Counted from the first letter of the stretch, positions 1-12,670 are shown. The stretch is DNA of 64,000 bases from Laetmonice hystrix (GCA_965235115.1 OZ249442.1:11284001-11348000); one strand, 5' to 3'. The notes: generated by a model from the letters alone, not told the origin. Made by a program: numbers and translations.

Positions 1-1800
1 AGATATCGTGAGCAGTCTGCAGGTCGGTACCATTGACATAAACCAACTTACGACAAATGATAAACTGGCTTTTGATGAATTGACGGGCGAGTCGATCATT
101 TACATTAGGGTGTCCATCATTTACATTGACCGCTAAACACCGATAAACAAGTAAACCAATAACTAGGGCGCGCACAGCCTCGTTACCAGTTTCAAAAACT
201 GTCACTTAGTATCCAATAAATAAATGAATATGAATAACCTTTGTAAATTTCTTTCAATTCCTCTTCTTGCCAGACATGCCTACATGTATGAGAGTGCCCC
301 TTGAAATTTTGCCTGGTTTTAAGGCCTCTTTTTATACTACTAGCAACACCACCATCACGGTGTGGGCAGGCCAGGAAAGTTTTGGTGCTGGTCCCAAAAA
401 CAATTTACATTCTATAAAATCTTACGATTTCTGAATTTACTGGAACCTCCCATACGTCCAGTCAATAGAATAGGAATGGCTAAAAGTGCACCTGAGATAA
501 TTAAACTGTATGTCAACAATGTGACCAAAACGAAGGAGGCACCCGGAGTTATAACTGGTCACCTTGCACCAAAACCATTTAATTTAGTTGTCAGGGGTTT
601 AATCACCGCTGCCATAGCAGCTTCTGCTGGAATCTGTTTTAACATTTCTTCGTATAGAAGATACCCTTAATGGAAATGGAAGCGGGCAAAGTGGTGTTCC
701 ATGTAGGGCTACTTCACCCACCTTGACCAAAAAAAGCTGGAACGGAAATTATCTCATAGAATTCAACATACCACTTGTTGAGGCGTTGGGAATTGTACAT
801 ATTATGGGGTTCATAAAGCAATCAAGTCATTGGATCTATTCTAACATACGTATGTTTGTTAACCTCATTCCAAGTGCCTGTTGACAGGACAACCAGCAGC
901 CATAATGTACTGCTCTATTACCAATGTAGCAGCATTTATCGTCCTGGGCTCCCTATTGTATGTAGAGTGAAGTCTCTAGAGGCGTTTGGTTTTCATGAAT
1001 TATCAGGATGACAAAATACCCTAACTTTATTCATCCCCGCCTCACAATCACCAACAACACGACCGGTGCCGCCACCTACACTGGTATGTGACGCTTGTGG
1101 TGTGGTTGGAATGGAGCAACCCACCTACCCTTTACCTATACCCTACCCCAAACACACCCCCTCTACCTATAATACCCTACCCCAAACACACCCACCATGA
1201 CCACCGCCACGACCACCGTCACCATGAGGATGGTGGCAGCATCACCAGCACTACCGCTTCTCTAAATTCAGTTACATTCTAGATTCTAAATTCCAAAAGG
1301 TCTCTATGGCGCGTAACAGAGTTTTGGAGTCGGCGTACTGGAACCATTTGTACCAAAGTGACCCTGTGGCACCGACCATCAACACACGTCATCAAAAACA
1401 CCTCTATCACACCCACCTATACTCCAACATGTCTCTACAATGTCAACATGTTTTGCTGGAAGCTGCTGAGCCCACCCGTTTGGGTGCGAATACATTTGAT
1501 CACACCATTTGCAGCCGATTTGGATCACCTGTATCAACTCTCGACCCCCGGTCAGGTAAACAATGCCATGCGGGGTCCCAGTAATTGTCACCACCATTAC
1601 ATCGACAACAACAATGCGCTTTTGTCTTATGACAGAAAGCGACAACTGTCCAGTCGTGTCTCCTGGCAGTGACTCCTTACACGTCAAGTCGGCATTCCTG
1701 GAATTGTTTTTCAAACTCTGGGAATGGCAGCGGGAGATGGGGGTTCGTGTGTGTGTGTGTGTGGGGGGGGGGGGTCGTGTTGGGGGGGGGGGGGTAAGTA

Positions 1801-1883
1801 CTTGACCTAAGTTTAAGTTCAAGGCGTCTGATTGGCTGGACTACTTAAATTAACCAATCGGAAGCGTCAAGTTCAAGGTCAAG
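1801..1883. mobile_element. Short hairpin (MITE-like) element
   Basis: Terminal inverted repeat CTTGACCT...AGGTCAAG, with inner convergent ATTGG/CCAAT arms (ctgattggct...accaatcgg). Confidence 0.4.
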
Positions 1884-3048
1884 CAAGAACGTAAGTTTTG
1901 GTGATTGACAGTGTAAGTACTACACGTTGGTTCTTTCGAATAGAGCATTCTTACACTGTCATCTATGTTTCACTGGACGAATGGGACATGAATGGATTGC
2001 CCCTCAGACAGAAATGCAATAAAAGTGCAATATTGGGTATACTAACGCTATATGCTCCAGAAGCGGGTAGTTTGAATATTGTAAGACCCGGATTGCGACA
2101 GTGAGGAAATAGCGACGCATGGCTGTTAGAAATTAGCCCTTCTGAACTGGTATACTCGGTTCAATGCGATTCGAAACAATTACTATACTTATGGAACTAT
2201 GCTTCACTTTCATGTTGTGCTGGAACTTTTCTACATAACACGGCTCTTGGTTTGGTGTTCCATAATAATTTAAAAAGAATAAATGTTGATAGGGGTTTGC
2301 GGAACAAATAGATATCTATAAAGCGAGGGTATTTCCAAGGGACTCTCCCTTTGGGACGAAGTGATTGATCTCTGCCCTGCATCCACACATGCAGCTATAT
2401 TGAGACCCCAAGTGTCCGGTTGGGTGACAGAGCTGCACCGAATTGACCCCTCAAACTCCCATCAGATTTTTCTTATAAGCAATTATAGAAGTTGTGTTGA
2501 CAAGCTCAATTGTCTGCCTTCCCGCTCTGTCCTCATTGAATGAAGCGCGGCTGCCTCAGTCTCTAAGTGTCTGAAGGACGTATTGGCATTCCGACGGCGT
2601 TCTGGCATTCCGGACGCTGCCGAGAATGTCTATGGCCCTTGCCATCTAGTTCCGGGTCTGGGTCTAAATATAGCGTGGGGACGGAAGGCGACCAGCTTCT
2701 GCGATGTTTGAGAGAAGGGTGATCAATGGTTAGAACCACCTGCACCCAACCCAATGCCGTGGCGAGTAGAAACGCGTGTACCTCCAAAAGGCGTGGGCGG
2801 CACGGCCGGTGGCAGGGGATGGCAGGGATCAGGACTGGCTGGGGGGTCGGGGGTGGGGATGGGGTGGCAAGGGGAGTGGTGACCTTAGGGTCTCAAGTCT
2901 GGATACAACTCCAATCACCTAAACTCTCCCAGAATCGTTTCTATTTCATCCGTTAAAGTGTCATTATAAACCAAGGTCCCTCTCGTCTCCCACTTCCTCC
3001 CTTCGTCCGAAGATTTCGGTAGGGGGGAGTATACAGGAACGATGTCTC

Positions 3049-3120
3049 TGGCACCGTGGGGATCCAACGGGACACGACCTGCGCTGTTCTATATACTGAC
3101 CTCATGAATAATTGATCTGG
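3049..3120 (-). repeat. Left copy of ~75-bp inverted repeat pair (partner 4745-4825)
   Basis: Reverse complement ccagatcaattattcatgaggtcagtatatagaacagcgcaggtcgtgtc...cgttggatccccacggtgcca aligns to 4745-4825 with few mismatches and one indel. Confidence 0.8.
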
Positions 3121-3624
3121 TAGCTGTAGCTCGAGGGCGAGGAACCACGCGTTTCCTTGTCGTAATTTGTATTCAACATGAGCTGGTATAAAGGAGTTCG
3201 TTTCTGATTTAACCGCATGACATTCTTGTATAGGCCCTACTTATCCATAGTTGCCAACATGTGAGAGGGACAATGCGGTAGATCTTTTTCCGGCCTGTGT
3301 AGCATGCCCGGCTGATGCCGAAGGCGCATGGGCCTGCAAGAGGGCCGGTGGCATGCTCCCCGAAAAAGTTTGAAAACTTTAAAGTGCAAAGCATGCATGC
3401 ATTCTCGTGCGATCTAAGAAGAAAATAAAGTTCTCAAAATTCAGTCAAAAAGTCAAAATTTTTAACATTTAACATTTATTTAACAAAATGGTAAAAGCGG
3501 TAGATTTTTAGTCCTCAACCCCCTTGATGCGGTAGGCGGCATGCTTATCAAAACACTAGGGGCCGACTTCTCAGACACATTTGACACCCCCAAACAATCG
3601 CCGTCCTTGTATTATAACCTTTTT

Positions 3625-4661
3625 TTCTGCAGGCAGTTGGACAGACCTTCTGCAGGCAGTTGGACAGACCTTCTGTAGGCAGTTGTACAGACCTTCTGTG
3701 GGCAGTTGGACAGACCTTCTGTAGGCTGGAGAGACCTTCTGCAGGTAGTTGGACAGACTTTCTGTAGGCAGTTGGACAGACCTTCTGTGGGCAGTTGGAC
3801 AGACCTTCTGTAGGCTGGAGAGACCTTCTGCAGGCAGTTGGACAGACCTTCTGTAGGCAGTTGGACAGACCTTCTGCAGGCAGTTGGACAGACAGACCTT
3901 CTGTAGGCAGTCGGACAGACCTTCTGTAGGCAGTCGGACAGACCTTCTGTAGGCTGGGCAGACCTTCTGTAGGCAGTTGGGCAGACCTTCTGTAGGCAGT
4001 TGGACAGACCTTCTGTGGACAGTTGGACAGACCTACTGTAGGCAGTTGGACAGACCTTCTGTAGGCAGTTGGACATACCTTCTGTAGGCAGTTGGACAGA
4101 CCTTCTGCAGGCAGTTGGACAGACAGACCTTCTGTAGGCAGTCGGACAGACCTTCTGTAGGCTGGGCAGACCTTCTGTAGGCAGTTGGGCAGACCTTCTG
4201 TAGGCAGTTGGACAGACCTTCTGTAGGCAGTTGGACAGACCTACTGTAGGCAGTTGGACAGACCTTCTGTAGGTAGTTGGACATACATTCTGTAGGCAGT
4301 TGGACAGACCTTCTGTAGGCAGTTGGACAGACCTTCTGTCGGCAGTTGGACAGACCTTCTGTAGGCAGTTGGACAGACCTTCTGTAGGCAGTTGGACAGA
4401 CCTTCTGTCGGCAGTTGGACAGACCTACTGTAGGCAGTTGGACAGACCTTCTGTCGGCAGTTGGACAGACCTTCTGTAGGCAGTTGGACAGACCTTCTGT
4501 AGGCAGTTGGACAGACCTTCTGCAGGCAGATGGACAGACCTTCTGTAGGCATTTGGACAGACAGACCTTCTGTAGGCAGTCGGACAGACCTTCTGCAGGC
4601 AGTTGGATAGACCTTCTGCAGGCAGTTGGACAGACCTTCTGTAGGCAGTTGGTCAGACCTT
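3625..4661. repeat. 23-bp minisatellite (GCAGTTGGACAGACCTTCTGTAG), ~45 copies, with higher-order block duplication
   Basis: Direct inspection; period 23 (e.g. 4321/4344). The variant order (acag insertion, tcgg, short ctggg, ttggg, cta, cata) recurs about 230 bp later. Confidence 0.97.
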
Positions 4662-4744
4662 TAGGCAAGGGGCTTCCCCAGCGACTGAGAAAACGACCCC
4701 AGGTTTGGACTTAATTTCCGGAAATCGTCCTGGAACAGCGGAAA

Positions 4745-4825
4745 CCAGATTAATTATTCATAAGGTCAGTATATGGAACAGCGCAGGCCGTGTCGGTCCC
4801 ATACCGTTGGATCAACACGGTGCCA
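4745..4825 (+). repeat. Right copy of ~75-bp inverted repeat pair (partner 3049-3120)
   Basis: ccagattaattattcataaggtcagtatatggaacagcgcaggccgtgtc...cgttggatcaacacggtgcca is the inverse of 3049-3120. Confidence 0.8.
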
Positions 4826-5714
4826 AAATGCATGATTTCGCAAAGGATTCAAGTTCATGGTAAGCTGGCCTAGGTTTACGAATACTCTGTACCGCTATCG
4901 TGTATTTGAGGTCCTGAAAGCTGCTAACTAACTCCACGTCCTCCACGCCACCTGTTAAGACATCTCTTCATGGACGCCCCTTGCTGAGGTTGTCAAACAT
5001 TGAACAGTTTTATATGATACAACAGCTGCGCTATCTCTGCGCAGTTATTGCGGTACATTCCTCAGTCCCAGCCCATGGTCAGACGAACAATGAACCATGA
5101 ACGGAGGGAAATTTTAACATTAGAAAATATCAACTTAAACACCGTTGATAAATATCAACTTAAACACCGTTGATACCCTTGGGGTTCGAACCCCACCGCC
5201 TCCGTTACGGAATCCGGATCTGAGGGTATCGAACGCCCCCTCTCTCTTTCTCTGACAAAAGCGGCTTACAAAACTCATTTATCCCCACCGGCCCCCTGAC
5301 CTTTGACCTTGAGAACAGATTTATATAGGCCTACATGTATACCTAATAGTTGATCATAGAAACCGGTCACTCCGGGGGAAATATCTTGAAGTTTGAAAAT
5401 TGCCCAAAATATACTCAATTAGAGATTATTAGGGTCATACGTAACACAATGTATGTCTTATCGGCAGTGCTGGAGGCAGGCGAACGGCCACGACCTGCCT
5501 GACAAGGCTGGCAAGTAACGCCATTCCCACGCTCCACTCGACATAACAAAATGCCGTTATTTCTTCCCTGCGTGTAGATGCGAACGACGGGAAACAACCC
5601 ACTATGCACTTTGAAAAAAAGATAGAAGGAAAAAATAGCGAAATGCCTGTAATTGTCTTGGCGGGGAGGCAAAAAGGAAAAGTTGTTGAGATCTGTTCAT
5701 TTCTCGCCCCTCAG

Positions 5715-5788
5715 AAATAAACAACCCTGTGTTGAGAACTTCCCTTCAAGGCTTGATGGCCGTCTATAATGATCTAACAATGTTGAAG
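5715..5788 (+). CDS. Possible internal coding exon of an unidentified plus-strand gene
   Basis: Good acceptor (tttctcgcccctcag) and one open frame (INNPVLRTSLQGLMAVYNDLTMLK). The donor is weak (AAG|gtgata) and no homology is recognised. Confidence 0.25.
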
Positions 5789-7169
5789 GTGATATCCTTC
5801 AGAAGTCTCATTACTGCCTGCAAAACGTCCTGATAAATAGAGGGCCTATTTTTTATGTTCTTGCATATATCTTTTCGCAGAAAAAGATGTTATAACCTCA
5901 TGACTTTTGTTTATACTTGGACCACCAACGAAGAAACCCATTCCAATACTGGAGCTACTCATTATTTATAAATTAACAGTGCTTTCCTTCATTTATATTA
6001 TATAAATAACTACATACATAAGTACAAAGGATACAAAGGGCCACTAAGCTATACTGAAGCTCATAGACAGATTTCCCCTATAGATAGGGGCCTACACGAA
6101 CATTGCCACCGAGACTTTAATTACAAAATCTCCACTACTGAATGATCCTGGCCCAATTTCTCTGATGTAGGGCTATAAAAATACGTCAATCCAACAACAT
6201 CTAGGGTAGTTTAGCTTGAGGGTTATCATGTCGGCATATATTCCTGACTAGGCTGTGCTCCCAGTCCGGTATTCCCTAGTACCAAGACGACGACACGCCC
6301 CTGGATGCGGGTCTATAAGGGACCATTTGAATGTTGTCTGCTAAGTTCATGGCGGTGACCTCGCTGAAAGTCACCAAGTCTAAGTGAACGTTTACAAAAG
6401 CATTCATTAGCAATGAATGCGTCAGAAATAAAAATATGAGTGTGAATGTTAAATGAAGGCGAGCACTTTAAAAGTTTTAACCCTCGAGGGAATGTCACTG
6501 GTACATGTTCTGGCTTTTAGTGACTGGAAACTTGTACTCAGTGCATTCTGGCCTTTGAACCTCGAACAGAAAGTGCTGGGAGGGGGAGGGATAGGGTGGA
6601 GAAGGGGAGGGAGGGGTTCTACGATCTCCCCCACCCTTCACCCTGCCCTACAGACGATAACGCCCTGAGTGGACAATCACCATCAATGCTCAAATACAAA
6701 ATGTTTAAGTTTATGTTTCGCTCATTTCATATAGTCACGGAAGGCTGGTAGTTGCCTGGGGAGGGGAAGCTTTACCAAATCCACGCTTCCAGATCGACAA
6801 CTCCCTGGCGCGTGCAAATACAATTGCACGTTTATGCATGCAAATGCCGACCGAAACGACCCACTGAGGGGGACTGGTCGTCTTTGAAACGAAGGCGTTG
6901 ACAGGTTGTGACTAACTGTAGAGAGAGGTTGGTACGACTCTACACGGCATTTATACGTCCTCCAGTCAAATGGCGCGAACGTGCACGGTGGAAGAAAACG
7001 ACAGGGTCAGAGAGTACGGGCAAGCGGCTGTCGTACCTGGGATCGGGACCCCGTCATTCAGAACTCCACCCGGCCCCCTCTGCACCCTCACCCCCTACCC
7101 CCACCCCTCACCTGGGCGGTCAACCCCGGCCAACAGACTCAATTATGGCAGCTAAAAGAAAATGGCCGG

Positions 7170-7813
7170 CTTTCTCATGGCTCATGTTTCAAGGCATGGC
7201 TGGGTTTGATGCCTTCTCATGGCTCCTGTTTCAAGGCATGGCTGTTTTTGATGCCTTTCTCATGGCTCATGTTTCAAGGCATGGCTGGTTTTGATGCCTT
7301 TCTCATGGCTCATGTTTCAAGGCATGGCTGGGTTTGATGCCTTCTCATGGCTCATGTTTCAAGGCATGGCTGGTTTTGATGCCTTTCTCATGGCTCATGT
7401 TTCAAGGCATATCTGGTTTTGATGCCTTCTCATGGCTCATGTTTCAAGGCATGGCTGGTTTTGATGCCTTTCTCATGGCTCATGTTTCAAGGCATGGCTG
7501 GTTTTGATGTCTTTCTCATGGCTCATGTTTCAAGGCATGGCTGGTTTTGATGCCTTTCTCATGGCTCATGTTTCAAGGCATAGCTGGTTTTGATGCCTTT
7601 CTCATGGCTCATGTTTCAAGGCATGGCTGGTTTTGATGCCTTCTCATGGCTCATGTTTCAAGGCATGGCTGGTTTTGATGCCTTTCTCATGGCTCATGTT
7701 TCAAGGCATGGCTGGTTTTGATGCCTTTCTTATGGCTCATGTTTCAAGGCATGGCTGGTTTTGATGCCTTTCTCATGGCTCATGTTTCAAGGCATGGCTG
7801 GTTTTGATGCCTT
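7170..7813. repeat. 42/43-bp minisatellite, ~15 copies, each with an internal hairpin
   Basis: Unit GGCTCATGTTTCAAGGCATGGCTGGTTTTGATGCCTTTCTCAT; AAGGCAT/ATGCCTT form a 7-bp inverted repeat. Confidence 0.97.
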
Positions 7814-7986
7814 AATGTTTATCGGTTCAGTGTTTGTTTAGTAGCCCACGCCCACAGGTGTCGTGTGAGCTATACACCTCTGTTAACTTAATGATCACTC
7901 CGGATAAAAACGAGAAAAAAGAGAAGGCAAGGCAAAATCTAGATTCGTCTATGGGCGTGAAGCAATAACTTTAGAGAAAGTTGGAG

Positions 7987-8113
7987 ATAATGATAAGATA
8001 TCTAATGATAAAATATCTAATGATAAGATATCTAATGATAAGATATCTAATGATAAGATATCTAATGATAAGATATCTAATGATAAGATATCTAATGATA
8101 AGATATCTAATGA
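7987..8113. repeat. 15-bp tandem repeat (GATATCTAATGATAA), ~8 copies
   Basis: Direct inspection; explains the IRYLM/IIRYL repetitive ORFs. Confidence 0.95.
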
Positions 8114-8149
8114 CGAACAACTCTATGGATGTTCTTTCCCATTTTGCAA

Positions 8150-8403
8150 TAGGCCTACTTGGTGCCATGCACTGGCAGTGAGTGTATGCCTACTTGGTGC
8201 CATGCACTGGCAGTGAGTGTAGGCCTACTTGGTGCCATGCACTGGCAGTGAGTGTAGGCCTACTTGGTGCCATGCACTGGCAGTGAGTGTAGGCCTACTT
8301 GGTGCCATGCACTGGCAGTGAGTGTAGGCCTACTTGGTGCCATGCACTGGCAGTGAGTGTAGGCCTACTTGGTGCCATGCACTGGCAGTGAGTGTAGGCC
8401 TAC
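8150..8403. repeat. 35-bp minisatellite, ~7 copies
   Basis: Unit AGGCCTACTTGGTGCCATGCACTGGCAGTGAGTGT; period 35 (8151/8186/8221). Confidence 0.97.
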
Positions 8404-8415
8404 ATGTTTCTAAAG

Positions 8416-8522
8416 GGGCGAAGGCAGATGGAGGTGCATAGTTAAAGTATTAGAGACAATGCCTACTACAAAAGATAAAAGAGAGAGAAGACGGACAATT
8501 GTTATGCTTACCCTGGTGCCAG
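8416..8522 (+). CDS. Possible internal coding exon, unidentified plus-strand gene
   Basis: ag|...|gtaatc. Only one frame is open across the exon (GEGRWRCIVKVLETMPTTKDKRERRRTIVMLTLVP); it ends in phase 1, matching exon 9437-9485. Confidence 0.35.
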
Positions 8523-9436
8523 GTAATCGGAGATCTCTTCACAAATCTACATTACCCCTGTCAGGGTCTAACCAATCAGGGAACCAAAGCCTGGTCACGT
8601 GGCGGGTTGGTGTTGACAGAACTATGGCATATAATCGAACATGTTGCTGTAAGAAATCCTTGTTCCACACAGTCAGTGTGTCAGTCATCACTTAGCATAA
8701 CCTGGCAAAGAATTACAAAATCGGCATTCTTAAAATACATTTTGTATGACAGTTGTAATCCTTAACTATAGAATGCTACCACTAATTACTTCATTGTTTA
8801 TTTCCCTGCGAAATCTGCAGGCAGATTGGGATATTTTCCAACGAATCAGACGATCGTCTTTTACCCGTTTTCGCTCGTGTTTTTTGGTCGCACTTTTGTG
8901 TATACTTGCGCGACGTGAAACATACAAGTCTATCTCAATAAGTGCAAACCTATTCACTTAATTTAATGATACTTTTGTCTGTTGTTGCGCGACATGAAAT
9001 ATGCAAGCTTATCTAATTAAGTGCAAACCTATAATAGGATTTTATATGAGAAACCAAATAACTACGCCTCTTTTTAATGTATTCATGATATTACTAAAGT
9101 TACTTTTACGAGTTTTCATGATGTATTTTGTAGAGATAGGTATAGCATCCATACGCAGCACCTCCTACATAGACATTTCCATGTTTTAAAGGCGCAAAAC
9201 GTGCCAATGTATGTAATTTCCACTGCCAATCTTTTGACTATAAGTTCACCATTTAGGTGTTGCGGCTAATGGATACAGTACAATTCCCTGCTTTCAGATA
9301 AGCCATAATTCACTGGGTTAGAACTGAATAATCAACAATACTTTGATTGCTGAAAGCTCTACTTGAAGGCAGAGGCCTCCAAGGGATCTGGGAGAACAAT
9401 ATGTCCCTAGGCACAGTTTTTCTTTGTCTTCTCTAG

Positions 9437-9485
9437 GCAAATATCTAGGCACGTTACGGAAAGAATTGCTTAAGATTGCCGCAAA
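9437..9485 (+). CDS. Possible 49-nt coding exon, unidentified plus-strand gene
   Basis: Strong acceptor (tttttctttgtcttctctag) and donor (AA|gtgagt). Only the phase-1 frame is open (GKYLGTLRKELLKIAA). A compatible next acceptor lies at 9866/9867 (ttatatctttgtag|...SEISRFIIKQASLDHD). Confidence 0.45.
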
Positions 9486-12101
9486 GTGAGTCAGTGAAAT
9501 TAGATATTCCACCAACTGAAACTAAAAAGAAAATCACTAATTACATGTAGTGTGAATTGTGCCCCCCGAGGCCATGTCTACTTTACATGTGCCTTCAAAT
9601 TCTTTACTTTTCTTTTCTCTTTCTCTGTCTCTGTCTCTCTCTGTCTCTCCCTGTCTGTCTGTCTCTCAGACTCTTTTTAATCCAATTCTTTTACATGAAT
9701 ATCCTCGGGCTAAAGAGTTTCCCTAGGCACACCAAATATATTGGTCCTCAGGGACCTTGGCAGGGACCTTGATAGGGACCTTGATAGGGACCTTGGCAAA
9801 GCAATTTCTAAGGGGTGAAAGCTATGGACATTTTCGCCTAACAATCATGTGCTTATATCTTTGTAGTTCAGAGATCTCACGCTTTATAATCAAACAAGCC
9901 TCCCTGGACCATGATACAATTACATATTCAAGATTATCTTCTTTTACAAATTTGTTAATTATGTCAACCTCTTGCTCATTTCATAGCAAATTATACAATT
10001 AGTCATATCACTAAAGAAACACATCAATTATTCAGTGTCGGTTTTTTCTGCCATGCTATATACTGTAACATTGCCCGATAAAAAAGTTCAACAATAGAGG
10101 ATATTATCTTTATTAGTCATGACCAGGTGTCAGAGTGTGGATGGGCCTCGTTTTGACGTTTTATCATACCGAGGCTCAGATTCGTACGCCAATCACACCG
10201 ACTCGCAATGGCCTAACCTTTGTACTCACCACCAGTTTTCAGTTTTTGAGTATCAACTCGATTTTGTTTCTCCATGTGATATATTATGCATGCATGACTT
10301 TCAAACAATTATAGATCTTCACTTTATAGATTCAGTGCGACTTATGCGTCAGCTTGGTCGGAAGTAGAGGGTACACGAAACAATTGCAGGGCTGTCCAAA
10401 GTTGCGGCTGTTTGGTGCGCAGCACATCCAAATCTGCGCACCAGAACTATCAACCCCAGCAAATTAGAAGCCAGGCGTACGAGCCGGGACGGGGGCAGGG
10501 GGCAGTCCACCCCCCAATTCGGGCAACACAGTGGGGATAATTCAGGCAAAGCAACCAGAACAAAAATCGGACAGAGAAATTTCGAGCAAATCAACTCCTC
10601 GGCCCCCCTTAACCACAGAGTCCCCTCCCCACACGCCCATTTTAGCAGCTATTTTACAAGGAAGGGGATGGGTGTAGGCGGCAAAGGCGTTGGGAAACAG
10701 ACGGCCGAGTATAATCTTTTCAAATTAAAGTCAAATCTGCTCAACTTTGCCCCAAAAAGGCACTAGGCCTATCTCCGTCACGCTTATACTCCTGTGAGAT
10801 TAAATGCGTGGTTACAGTGCTTTGACTATGGGTCACGGGGGGACCACCAAATCAAATGCGTCACCTAGGCCTGGTTCCCAAATCAATCTGTCGCTCAGTT
10901 TTTTCCTTGTCGCATTTGCGTTGTTGTTGTTGCTCCAATATGCGACATAGCGACAAATGGACAGCCCTGAATTGTAGGACGCTATAATTGATTACAGTTC
11001 CCATGGACGCACTGTCCTAGTAAACAAAACATCTAAGAGAATAATATACATTAGCATATTTTGGCAGAGATTTAGATTGACAGTGGTCTGGGTCTGTCTT
11101 GTAAGCGACAAGGGTTCCATTAAGGAGGCTTTTAGTAATGGAAATGACTTAACAACCTGACAGCCGTAGGCCCCCTATATATGCTGCTTGCCTGGATCAT
11201 AGCTGTGCCGTGACTTAATATATTAACCTTCTTGCACCTATAGTAAAATTAACATTTAGGAGCGTTACTATGAAGGTCTCCGGGGAGTGTAATTATCACA
11301 CTTTTGTTATATTTAAATTGAATGAATTTCTGAAGATGAAAACATATTTCAAGATGGTGGTGGTTAAATGTTGGTAGGCGGGGGCGTAGTTTACTGGAGG
11401 CAAGAGGGTGTTGGGTCATGGTTGGGGGTAATGACGGTTTCAAATTTCCCGAGAACTGTCAGAATGATGCATGTCCTTGTCTACATTCAGGTAATAATTC
11501 TAGACGGTAAAAGGTTAGGGGCTGTAATTGTAGAGGGGGCAATTATTTCTGCAAACTTTTTTTATTAAACTTTATTATAATTATTATTATAAGAACACTT
11601 TTTTCTGCATCATCTGTTGAGCAAAGAAAAAAAGCCATACCCCCTTCTCAAATGGGCCTCCCCTAAAACAGATAGAATTCAGGCCTTTGCCTATATGTCT
11701 TCCTTTTTTTCTTTCCTTCTTTCTTTTTTTTCTGCGGGCATTGCGAAACGTCACTGTCAACTCCTACTTTGAATTTATGTGGACAACTTCCCATCTCACC
11801 CCCGTGGGATCGACACCTTAAAAGGTCACCCTGGGGGGCATGAGTGGCTCTGCTCATACAACATTGTGTTCTAGGACAACGCTGCTTTTCTCTCAAATAT
11901 ATCAACGTCTACATGTAAATAATGCTCTCACTATCCCCGGGGTATTGTTTCACATTAGAAGCTTTATCCTAAGTGCCTGTTTATAGTAAGTACTATGCTA
12001 ACTACAAAAATGGACCAACTTCAAAGGATCCATTAGCGGCAGCTTTGAGGGGGCATAGAATCAACGGAAGGGGGCAGCACCGTAATTTGTAATGCGTTGA
12101 C

Positions 12102-12451
12102 TGCCACCAGATGGCACTGGTTCACTATGTCGGCGGGCAACTGATCGCAACGTCTCGGGCTTTCCCAATCGGGAATCCTCGTAGCCTGGTGCTAGGACCG
12201 CCTCAGCACAAGTCAGCCTGTGGCCGAATGATAGTGGATAAGCCCTGTATTGCTCCGCGAAACCCCTATTTCTGGGGGTGAAGCGACATGTGTGCTGCGA
12301 GTGCCAGTGCCAGTTGAAGGAAATCTGGCGCCACCTGGTGAGTATGGACTTGGTCCCATTTCTCGATAGACTCGACCACCCGCCATCCGCAAGCTGGATA
12401 TAGGCTACGGATACAAATACATCTGCTGGCTGATGCCACCAGATGTCAGCA
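12102..12451. promoter_or_regulatory. Cluster of three CTCF-consensus-like motifs (candidate insulator)
   Basis: TGCCACCAGATGGCACT (+, 12102-12118); CACCAGGTGGCGC (-, 12328-12340); TGCCACCAGATGTCAGC (+, 12434-12450). Compared by eye with the CCASYAGRKGGCRS core. Confidence 0.55.
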
Positions 12452-12491
12452 CCCTGAGCTGCCTTCCCATATTTGGATGTGGCCTAGGCGG

Positions 12492-12670
12492 GTGCCCTGG
12501 TTTTTAGTTCGTCATTTTACCAATCTTAAGACTGGAATTTTAAGACTGACTTGTGTTATGGTCTCTCATTGGCTGACTTCATTTGAAGGACCAATCAGAA
12601 GCTCTGAAACAAGGATTCAATCTTAAGATTTGAATCTTAAGACTCAGTTTCCAAACTAAAAACCGGGCCC
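12492..12670. mobile_element. MITE-like hairpin element
   Basis: TIR-like ends GCCCTGGTTTTTAGTT / AACTAAAAACCGGGCCC, internal TCTTAAGA palindromes and a convergent ATTGG...CCAATCAG core. Confidence 0.65.

Noticed and set aside
362-1822. ORFs of 80-147 aa at the window start
   Set aside because: No recognisable domain, and overlapping frames run into low-complexity G/T tracts.
3612-4714. Cys-rich repetitive ORFs of 99-211 aa (also those at 36044-36617)
   Set aside because: Derived from 23-bp and 32-bp units that are not multiples of three, so the peptides cycle through frames.
4764-4860. Apparent plus-strand exon with strong ATG|GTAAGC donor
   Set aside because: Most of it is the inverted-repeat copy matching 3049-3120, so a repeat origin is more likely than a host exon.
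5175-5235. tRNA gene (GGTTCGAACCC B-box)
   Set aside because: No cloverleaf or A-box at the proper spacing; at most a degenerate SINE head.
6908-7010. RLYTAFIRP resembling the LINE ORF2 C-terminal LYxxxIRP motif
   Set aside because: A single short match with no flanking RT similarity.
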